Shown: positions 38,307 through 45,084 of the stretch, piece by piece
How the letters are laid out: each line of letters starts with the position of its first letter
How positions within the stretch are numbered: position 1 is the stretch's first letter
From: Oscillospiraceae bacterium
GTDB lineage: Bacteria > Bacillota > Clostridia > Oscillospirales > Ruminococcaceae
Direction of reading: 5' to 3'
Assembly: GCA_031549285.1 (NCBI GenBank)
Contig: JAVBPZ010000006.1
Coordinates: 8,196 to 72,195, forward strand
DNA: 64,000 bases
The notes under the pieces: model-generated
The model's database searches: none
What the model saw: only the letters and a program-made list of their open reading frames with translations
What the model was told of the DNA's origin: nothing
Position numbers and translations under genes: made by a program

Positions 38307-39827
38307 ATGCTGGGAATGGATGGTACTATTGGATTTCACAGGGCACCCCGGAAAGGCAGGCAGCGCGGTTTGAAAGAAAAGCTGAAAACAATTTATGTGT
38401 GCACCAACTGTGGAGAGGTTACCCCCCGGTGGCTGGGCCGGTGCCCTTCCTGCGGGGAATGGAACACCCTTACAGAGGACGTGGTGGCCGAGGAAGCCCC
38501 CGGCGCAAAGGCTGGCAAAGCACGCGGAAAGGCGGCGCCGGTTTCCGGCCCGTCCAGCGCGGTGGCACACCCCCTGGCACAAATAGATACCACCGAGCAA
38601 AAAAGCCGCATCGTCTCCGGCATAGAGGAGCTGGACCGGGTGCTGGGCGGTGGCATAGTGCTGGGCAGTGTGGTGCTGCTGGGGGGAGAACCCGGGGCAG
38701 GGAAGTCCACCATGCTGCTGCAGCTGTGCGGCGCCATTGGCGGGAAACAGATGGCAGCCGGCGGCCTGGCCGACACCGGGACAGAGATTCCCCAAAACCC
38801 GGCAGATGGACTACAGGTTTTGTATGTGACCGGGGAGGAATCTGTCCGGCAGATAAAGCTGCGCGCAAAACGCCTGCAGGTACCGGAAGAATACATAGCG
38901 GTGGCGGCAGAGAGCGACATAGATGAAATAGACGCGCTGATTGCCCAGACAAATCCCGGCTTTGTGGTGGTGGATTCCATTCAGACCATGTACACACCGG
39001 GACTGTCCAGCTCGGCCGGCAGCGTGTCCCAGGTGAAGGAATGCGCCTCGCGGCTGCTGCACCTGGCAAAAGCGCGGGAAATTCCGGTGTTCATTGTGGG
39101 CCATGTGAACAAGGATGGCGCCATCGCAGGGCCAAAAGTAATGGAGCATATTGTTGATACTGTGCTATATTTCGAAGGGGACAAAACCCTGCCATATCGC
39201 ATATTACGTGCGGCAAAAAACCGGTATGGCTCCACAAATGAGATTGGCATGTTCGACATGACCGGCGAAGGATTGATAGCCATCGAAAATCCCTCTGAAA
39301 TGCTGCTGGAAGGCCGGCCCATTGGTGTGAGCGGGAACTGTGTGGGCTGCATCATGGAGGGCTCGCGGCCCATTATGGCGGATATCCAGGCGCTGGCGGC
39401 AAAATCCGGCTTTGGCACGCCGCGCAGGGCGTCCTCCGGGTTCGACATGGGGCGCGCAAACCTGTTGTTGGCGGTGTTGGAAAAGCGCGCAGGTTTCTTC
39501 ATGGGAAACTTGGACGTTTACATTAACGTGGTGGGCGGGTTGGAACTGGGCGAAACCGCCTGTGACCTGGCGCTGTGCCTGGCGGTGGTGTCCAGCATTA
39601 CCGACCGCCCCGTGCCGGAGCATGTATTGGCCATTGGGGAAGTAGGCCTGGGCGGGGAGGTGCGCAGCGTATCTGGGCTGGAGGCCCGTCTGCGGGAAGC
39701 ACAGCGAATCGGTTTCAAAAAAGCCATCGTGCCAAAGCACAACCTGCGTACGCTGCCCATGAAAGAGTATACCTCGCTGGAGGTAATCGGCGTCGCCTAT
39801 GTGAAAGAAGCGATGGCGTTGTTGTAG
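38307..39827 (+). CDS. radA: DNA repair protein RadA/Sms
   Basis: A zinc finger (YVCTNCGEVTPRWLGRCPSCGEWNT), a Walker A motif (GGEPGAGKST), the KNRYG motif and a Lon-like C-terminal domain are present. The start is uncertain (38307, 38316 or a later TTG). Confidence 0.92.
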   Translation: MLGMDGTIGFHRAPRKGRQRGLKEKLKTIYVCTNCGEVTPRWLGRCPSCGEWNTLTEDVVAEEAPGAKAGKARGKAAPVSGPSSAVAHPLAQIDTTEQKSRIVSGIEELDRVLGGGIVLGSVVLLGGEPGAGKSTMLLQLCGAIGGKQMAAGGLADTGTEIPQNPADGLQVLYVTGEESVRQIKLRAKRLQVPEEYIAVAAESDIDEIDALIAQTNPGFVVVDSIQTMYTPGLSSSAGSVSQVKECASRLLHLAKAREIPVFIVGHVNKDGAIAGPKVMEHIVDTVLYFEGDKTLPYRILRAAKNRYGSTNEIGMFDMTGEGLIAIENPSEMLLEGRPIGVSGNCVGCIMEGSRPIMADIQALAAKSGFGTPRRASSGFDMGRANLLLAVLEKRAGFFMGNLDVYINVVGGLELGETACDLALCLAVVSSITDRPVPEHVLAIGEVGLGGEVRSVSGLEARLREAQRIGFKKAIVPKHNLRTLPMKEYTSLEVIGVAYVKEAMALL

Positions 39828-39945
39828 GTTTCATATTTTTGTCGCCACAGCAACAAAAAAAGAGACAACCGGGTTGGTTGCTCTTTAAACGATAAAGAAT
39901 AGTAATTGCAGAGAGGGAAGCCATCCTGTATGACATATAACGTAT

Positions 39946-40131
39946 TTACGCCAAAATGTACAAATATATCATCGCGGATGCGAAAAACAGCAAAACAGTA
40001 AAGCCATTTAGTATCTTATAGCTTTGGTATGCTGCGCCGGTGACATTGTCCCGCACCAAAGCCTGCCGGCGCAACAAGGCGCCAACACACAGAGCCAGAA
40101 AGGCGCCGCCCATGAATATAAATCCCAACAT
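39946..40131 (-). CDS. hypothetical small membrane protein (61 aa, two TM segments)
   Basis: MLGFIFMGGAFLALCVGALL...TVLLFFASAMIYLYILA. A GAGGT SD lies 8 nt upstream. Confidence 0.4.
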   Translation of the reverse strand: MLGFIFMGGAFLALCVGALLRRQALVRDNVTGAAYQSYKILNGFTVLLFFASAMIYLYILA

Positions 40132-40410
40132 TGTGCATACCTCGCGCATTGTTTTTGCAAGTGTAGCATATGGTGGGCGGGAAGCGGTGTCGAACAATGT
40201 CGATTGCGGTAAAAAAGATGATGGGTTGGTAGCGTCAATCACAATCATTCCATGAGGCAACGGCATAAAAGGCGAAGAACTAATTATTCTGCATTAGACG
40301 AGACAATTAAAGGGCGAAAAATATTGATACCGATAATCGAGGGAGTAAGATCCCGGAGTGTCGAATGCAAACGATGTCAATTTAGTGGAATGCGGGGGAA
40401 TAAATTGTAT

Positions 40411-40439
40411 TTGACAAAAATGATTAGAGGGGATACTAT
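40411..40439 (+). promoter_or_regulatory. near-consensus promoter just left of the element (native promoter of the Xer-like gene leader?)
   Basis: TTGACA (40411-40416), a 17-nt spacer, then TACTAT (40434-40439). It lies 14 nt upstream of the direct repeat. Confidence 0.6.
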
Positions 40440-40453
40440 GGTTTTAATGCAAC

Positions 40454-40474
40454 GGCTATTTCGCTAAATAAGAA
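40454..40474. repeat. left direct repeat (attL core) GGCTATTTCGCTAAATAAGAA
   Basis: There is a perfect 21/21 match with 45085-45105. Confidence 0.9.
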
Positions 40475-40513
40475 CGATACGCAGTTCTGTGGCGGAAAAG
40501 TTGGGAAGTTTTG

Positions 40514-40549
40514 GAAGTCTTGCACTTAGGTGCGGGGCTTCTTTTTTTT
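40514..40549 (+). terminator. intrinsic terminator at the left end of the element
   Basis: GAAGTC..GCAC-TTAG-GTGC..GGCTTC is followed by T8. Confidence 0.7.
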
Positions 40550-40574
40550 GTGCTCTGCGGAAAGGGGTGGTGGT

Positions 40575-40793
40575 ATGGATAAGTACGAGGTTGTGGGCTG
40601 TGCGGCTGAAACGTGGAAGCCAAAGCAGCCGGGCGGAAGCGCCCGCACTATGTATAAAATACACCTTAGGCTTGCGGATGGCAACATAGGGTGGCTATAT
40701 TCTGCAAAGCCGCAGGAAATTGGTGCCGAGGTTCCGGTTTGCCTGACGGCAGACCGTGATGGTCATGTGCGAATTGGTATCGCAGTAGGGTAG
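40575..40793 (+). CDS. hypothetical protein (72 aa), element-borne
   Basis: The ATG follows AAAGGGGTGG. No family was recognised. Confidence 0.5.
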   Translation: MDKYEVVGCAAETWKPKQPGGSARTMYKIHLRLADGNIGWLYSAKPQEIGAEVPVCLTADRDGHVRIGIAVG

Positions 40794-40830
40794 GGTGCCT
40801 CTTACTTGATTAGTGCCTCAAATTGTCATC

Positions 40831-42006
40831 ATGGGTGTGTCGTGGTATGCGCACGACACGGCGGCTACACCTACCGCTGCCGCTGTGGTTTCTGATTCGC
40901 TGCTGTACAATGCAAAGATAAAAATATACGGTGACACGTACAAAGCGTCGGTGTGGAACACCCGCATTTTTAACCCGGACGGCATTTCGCTGGGCGACTG
41001 GGAACGGCCTGTGCGGCGGCCACCAGCCCGGAAACTGGAACCGTGGGAACAGGTGATGGTAGAGGAATGGGGGCCGTGCCCCCGAACCGACAACCTGGCC
41101 CGCAGCAAAGACAAAGTCTTTGATATCGTGTTCGCCAACCGGTGGGATTACTTTGTGACGCTGACGCTGAGCGCCAGCGAATGCGACCGGTACAACGCCG
41201 TGGAACTGTACCGGCGGCTGCGGTCGTTCCTGTCCAACCGCGTGCAGCGGGAAGGGATGCGCTATGTCCTTGTCCCGGAACACCACAAGGACGGCGCACT
41301 GCATTGCCATATGCTGGTGGCGGGCGATGTGCGCGTGGTGGACAGCGGTACCGTCCTGTGCGCTGGGCGTTCACGCCCCGTACAGCGCGACACCGCACGG
41401 CGCTGTGGCTACACCATAGAAAAAACCGTGTACAACTGGCCGGATTGGTCGCTGGGGTTTTCGTCCGCTATCCCGGTATCCGGTACACCGGAAATGCTGG
41501 CAAAGTACATAGCAAAGTATATTACCAAAGAGCAGGCGAAGATATTTGGCAAGCGGTATCTGGCCGGCGGTCGCGGCCTTGTCCGCGAGGTACCAGCCCT
41601 GTATACCGTGCTGGACTATGACGCGATACCCGCCAAAGAGTACCAGCCGGTACCTGGGCGGGCTGTAAAGTATTTCGCCTTTAAGGAGTGTGAGGGGTTT
41701 GTATTGGAAGGAATGTGTGCTGGAGGAACTGAAAAACTACCAGCGGCTGAAGTTTTCCGTCCTGCGGCTGACGGAAAAAATACAGGCGCTGGACGAAAAA
41801 GCGACCGCGCCAAAGACGGCACGGATGGACGGGATGCCAGCGGCCAAAGGCAAGACAATGGCGGACTGGCTGGTGGAAAACCTGATGGAACGGGAACTGC
41901 TGAAAGCGCGGCTGGCCGCCACCGAGCGGACGCTGGCTATGGTGGACGCCGGGCTGGAACTGCTGCCGGAGGAAGAACGGCAGGTGTTGGAGGTTCTATA
42001 CCTTGA
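40831..42006 (+). CDS. HUH-superfamily rolling-circle replication initiator (two-tyrosine, phiX174 gpA / Microviridae VP4-like motifs)
   Basis: Motif I is FVTLTLS, motif II is ALHCHMLVAG (HUH), and motif III is YIAKYITKE (Y-x3-Y). The last 100 or so codons are Gly/Arg/Ala-rich, overlap the next gene and may not be genuine. An alternative start is GTG at 40813. Confidence 0.7.
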   Translation: MGVSWYAHDTAATPTAAAVVSDSLLYNAKIKIYGDTYKASVWNTRIFNPDGISLGDWERPVRRPPARKLEPWEQVMVEEWGPCPRTDNLARSKDKVFDIVFANRWDYFVTLTLSASECDRYNAVELYRRLRSFLSNRVQREGMRYVLVPEHHKDGALHCHMLVAGDVRVVDSGTVLCAGRSRPVQRDTARRCGYTIEKTVYNWPDWSLGFSSAIPVSGTPEMLAKYIAKYITKEQAKIFGKRYLAGGRGLVREVPALYTVLDYDAIPAKEYQPVPGRAVKYFAFKECEGFVLEGMCAGGTEKLPAAEVFRPAADGKNTGAGRKSDRAKDGTDGRDASGQRQDNGGLAGGKPDGTGTAESAAGRHRADAGYGGRRAGTAAGGRTAGVGGSIP

Positions 42007-42160
42007 CCGCCGACCGCTGACCGCAGACGCCGCAGCGCTGCGGATGCACTGTGACCGCAGCACCGTGTACCGGCTGCGTGACCGGGCCTTGACGCACTAT
42101 TGCGTGGCGGCGTATGGGCTGGTGGCACCTTCGGGTGTGGAGGGCGCGGATGGACAGTAA
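41699..42160 (+). CDS. sigma-70 region-4-like / phage RinA-ArpU-type transcriptional regulator
   Basis: The C-terminal part LELLPEEERQVLEVLYLDRRPL...MHCDRSTVYRLRDRAL is a sigma region-4-type HTH. AAGGAG sits at 41683-41688. The start is TTG at 41699 or GTG at 41690. Confidence 0.55.
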   Translation: MYWKECVLEELKNYQRLKFSVLRLTEKIQALDEKATAPKTARMDGMPAAKGKTMADWLVENLMERELLKARLAATERTLAMVDAGLELLPEEERQVLEVLYLDRRPLTADAAALRMHCDRSTVYRLRDRALTHYCVAAYGLVAPSGVEGADGQ

Positions 42161-42377
42161 CCGGGTGCTGGACGCGCTGGAAGCGATTGCCTTTGATGAG
42201 GACGAGCGCACGCCGGAACGCCTGAAAGCGCTGCACCTGCTGGGGCAGACGGTGGGCCTGTGGAACGGAGAGGACGGCAAGGTGCGCGACGACGCCATGC
42301 GCGTGGAAATTGTGGTGGTGGGGGACACCCCACCGGAAAAGGAGGCTGGCGATGTTCTTCAGGATATCGGAAATTGA
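42150..42377 (+). CDS. small protein (75 aa) with a terminase-small-subunit-like motif
   Basis: ERLKALHLLGQTVGLW resembles the (D/E)RxKAxELLGKxxGxF motif at the C-terminal end of Terminase_2-type TerS proteins. This comparison is from memory. An ATGGACAGTAA overlap joins it to the previous gene, and a GGAGGG SD is present. Confidence 0.4.
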   Translation: MDSNRVLDALEAIAFDEDERTPERLKALHLLGQTVGLWNGEDGKVRDDAMRVEIVVVGDTPPEKEAGDVLQDIGN

Positions 42378-42603
42378 AATAATAATGGACGATGTTACAA
42401 ATGAAATTAGGGTATCTCATTACGATTTTGGCAAGGACATGGCTCCCGCCGTAAAACAGGCGATTGCGGCAGCCTGCGCGGATGCCCGTGGACGGCTGCG
42501 GCGAGATGTGAAACCGGAACTGGAGGCCATGGCCACCCGGCGTTTTGCCAGCCGAATGAAAAGCGAGGCAGCCGTGTACCAGCTGATGAACCGCGCAGAA
42601 TGA
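42352..42603 (+). CDS. hypothetical protein (83 aa), element-borne
   Basis: AAGGAGG lies 6 nt upstream of the ATG. The gene overlaps the previous one by 26 nt. Confidence 0.5.
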   Translation: MFFRISEIEIIMDDVTNEIRVSHYDFGKDMAPAVKQAIAAACADARGRLRRDVKPELEAMATRRFASRMKSEAAVYQLMNRAE

Positions 42604-42684
42604 CCGCCGGAATTTGGCGGCCGCATGGGCCGTAAAGCCAAAAACCTTCACATTTTTAGGATTGTCGATGAAACGAGGAAAAAT

Positions 42685-43233
42685 ATGCGCTCTGATTACC
42701 TTTCGCCGGAACTTGCGGCGCAGTTACGCCGGAAGCTGACCCCCAGCAATCGGCTGGTGCTGGATGTGTGCGGCGCAACCGGCCTGCGCATTGGCGATGT
42801 GGTGGCGCTGCCCACCGACGCCGTGCTGCACGCCGTGCGCCACCGTGGGTGGATGCCGGTCACCGAACAGAAAACCGGCAAGCGCCGGAGTGTGCGTGTG
42901 CCCGGAGACCTGTTGGCGCGGCTGGTGCGGCACAGCGGCGCGCGCTGGGCGTTCCCAAACCAGCGGGACGAAAACCGCCACCGGGACAGAACCACCGCAT
43001 GGCGGCAGCTGAAAACCGCCGCTGGCGGCGGGTCTTTGAACATCACCCCGCACAGCTACCGGAAAATGTACGCCGTGGGGCTGTACCGCGCGTGTGGCGA
43101 CCTGGACAAGGTGCGCCGCACGATGGGGCACGGCAGGGTGGAAACAACCCTGCTGTACGCCACCGCAGACGCCATTACAGCCGCCAAGCTGGCACGGATG
43201 AAAAACAGGGCAGGGAACCGGCGGCGGGTATGA
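42685..43233 (+). CDS. minimal tyrosine recombinase (182 aa, catalytic domain only)
   Basis: The catalytic residues appear in order: R (ATGLRIGDV), K (KTGKRRSVRV), HxxR (HSYRKM) and H...Y (GHGRVETTLLYA). There is no room for an N-terminal core-binding domain. The start at 42685 has an SD (GAGGAAAA); ATG at 42625 has none. Confidence 0.7.
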   Translation: MRSDYLSPELAAQLRRKLTPSNRLVLDVCGATGLRIGDVVALPTDAVLHAVRHRGWMPVTEQKTGKRRSVRVPGDLLARLVRHSGARWAFPNQRDENRHRDRTTAWRQLKTAAGGGSLNITPHSYRKMYAVGLYRACGDLDKVRRTMGHGRVETTLLYATADAITAAKLARMKNRAGNRRRV

Positions 43234-43400
43234 AACCATGGGGCGCGGGGTAACAAAGAAACGGAAGGGGGCGCCGGGTGTACCGTGTGAGCACAGCGAA
43301 CATCAGCGCGGACGGCGTGAGCGCAGCGAACGGCAGCGCCGCCTTTTACCTTTAGCAGCTTGACAATCGGCGGTGTGGTGTGGCACAATATACATAGAGA

Positions 43401-43427
43401 AAGCCGGGGCTTTCGCCCCGGCCTTTG
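43401..43427. terminator. hairpin terminator shared by int (+) and the 60-aa ORF (-)
   Basis: GCCGGGGC-TTTC-GCCCCGGC is flanked by AAA and CTTT. Confidence 0.55.
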
Positions 43428-43439
43428 CCTTGTGGCCCC

Positions 43440-43622
43440 CTAGAAGGGGAGTTCTTCGAGGGCCTGCATGACCGCTGCCGTGAGTTCTACGGCGGCGGCC
43501 ATTGCTTTTTGTGCCAGTTCAGTGGTTTCATCGCTGGGCGCAAGTTCGCGCAGCGCAGTCACCGCCGACAGCACCGCCGCCCCGCGCAGGGCGGCCTTTG
43601 AACGTACCTCTAGCTGTGCCAT
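43440..43622 (-). CDS. hypothetical small helical protein (60 aa), element-borne
   Basis: The strong SD AAAGGAGGTGA lies 6 nt before the ATG. The sequence is MAQLEVRSKAALRGAAVLSAV... Confidence 0.55.
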   Translation of the reverse strand: MAQLEVRSKAALRGAAVLSAVTALRELAPSDETTELAQKAMAAAVELTAAVMQALEELPF

Positions 43623-44389
43623 CAATTTCACCTCCTTTCTGCCTTGCGGCATCCACTGCGGGAAAAGGAAGCAAACGCCACGGCAGGGGCAAGGTGTCAA
43701 GGGCGGCGCGGTTCTTCTGCGCCGTTCATCTTGACCCTTGACGCCGGCAGGGGTTCACAATGGGACGGCGCAAGGCAGAAAGAGCCAGCGTAGGCGAACC
43801 ACCGCACGGCCTTGCGCCGGGCGGTGCCAAGGCCCGGCGCTGGGCCGGGCCGGTTAAGCGGGTATGGGGGCGCGCCCCCATGTGTGACAGAAGTGCGCGG
43901 CGCTGGCCGCGCATGGCGTTGGCTGGCGGGTGCGACAAAAAACAGCGGAGGGGAACCCCGCTGTGGTGGTGTGTCTTGACCTTTGATGGGGCTGTGTGCA
44001 TCCAACGGCACAGCAAAGGCACAGGGCCGGAGGGGGCGGTGCTGCAAGCAGCGGCCCCGCACGGCACCGGCGCTGCGCAGCCAAGCCGGGGCCGGACGGC
44101 AAAAGCCCCCTTCCCCCCATGGTTTGCCCCCCTGCTTCAAATGCGACCTTATTCGCGCCGGGCGGCGCAGCCGCCGACCAGAGTGAGCGACGCCCGGAGG
44201 GCCGCGAACGCCGGGAGGGAACCCGGTGCCCGGGGGATGGGGGAAAGGAAAGGGGGGTGCAGGGGGGAAAACCACTGGGGGAAGGGGGCGACCTGTGCCG
44301 TGGACAGGGGCACAGGGCAGCAGGGCCGTGCCGGAGGGCGTGGCCCGTATTGCCGAGGGCGTGGCCCTGCGGTAGGCGCGTGGCTTGCT

Positions 44390-44482
44390 CTATGGCCTGC
44401 CGTTTTTGCGTATGTACGCATAAAACCATTGGCAGAGAATCAAGACCGCTATTGCGATTATAACCAATAGTACCGTTTTCAT
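44390..44482 (-). CDS. 30-aa hydrophobic peptide (candidate type I toxin-like or small membrane peptide)
   Basis: MKTVLLVIIAIAVLILCQWFYAYIRKNGRP. A G7 run lies 7 nt upstream of the ATG. The peptide is too short for the ORF track. Confidence 0.4.
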   Translation of the reverse strand: MKTVLLVIIAIAVLILCQWFYAYIRKNGRP

Positions 44483-44586
44483 GATGTATCCCCCCCGAAA
44501 AACAAAAAACACGTCCAGCGCCCGCAGGCCTAGCCGTGTTTTGATGACGTCGGTGGCTTATGCCTACCTCCCGTCGCAGCGCATAT

Positions 44587-44615
44587 AGTATACCACGCTG
44601 GCTTCCGTTTGTCAA
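44587..44615 (-). promoter_or_regulatory. consensus-like promoter on the minus strand inside the element
   Basis: On the minus strand, TTGACA (44615-44610), a 17-nt spacer, then TATACT (44592-44587). Confidence 0.6.
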
Positions 44616-44700
44616 GCCCGGCAACCCTCCCAGAGCAGCGTCTCCGCCCTCACGGGCGGACGGAAGGTGGGTTGTCTGTGTCCTTCGCTGCCGGGTGTGC

Positions 44701-44991
44701 TTATCCGGCGTTGATGCCCCAACGGCGGCGGTTGTCCTCTTGCTCGGCTTCTTTTGACGATAACACGTCATTTGCATATTGCGCGTCGTAGCGCAGTGAC
44801 AGTACGCACAGGCGGTCTTCTTCAACCTTTTGCAAAAAGTAGTCGTCGTCGACCGCGCCGGCGGCTTCTGCGGCTATGCGCAAATACTGCGCTGCCATCG
44901 TTAGCGATTGTATCATTTGCTGTAGAAAGTTTTGCTGTTCGGCGTGCGGTAGGGCGGTGCGGTGTGGGGCTGGCTCTTGTGTGGGTTTCAT
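44701..44991 (-). CDS. hypothetical protein (96 aa), element-borne
   Basis: The start MKPTQEPAPH follows AAAGGAG. No family was recognised. Confidence 0.5.
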   Translation of the reverse strand: MKPTQEPAPHRTALPHAEQQNFLQQMIQSLTMAAQYLRIAAEAAGAVDDDYFLQKVEEDRLCVLSLRYDAQYANDVLSSKEAEQEDNRRRWGINAG

Positions 44992-45041
44992 GTGGGTGCG
45001 CTCCTTTCTCCTTTTGCATGATACACCATGAAACCCCGCTA

Positions 45042-45070
45042 TTGACAAATTGGGAAAAGGGGGATATAGT
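45042..45070 (+). promoter_or_regulatory. promoter at the right end of the element, with the same geometry as 40411-40439
   Basis: TTGACA, a 17-nt spacer, then TATAGT. It lies 14 nt before the right direct repeat. Confidence 0.55.
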
Positions 45071-45084
45071 GTGTACATGTGCAA

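Noticed and set aside
43360-43389. Promoter-like TTGACA-N18-CACAAT on the + strand after the element recombinase gene
   Set aside because: The -10 is weak, and the transcript would run straight into the 43401-43427 hairpin and then antisense to the 60-aa ORF. It is mentioned only as context, not called as a feature.
43760-44825. 236-aa (+) and 323-aa (-) ORFs in the GC-rich right part of the element
   Set aside because: The translations are Arg/Gly/Pro/Ala-rich with no SD sequences. The region is better explained by hairpins, iterons and G/C runs. Only the short SD-preceded ORFs (44390..44482 and 44701..44991) were kept.
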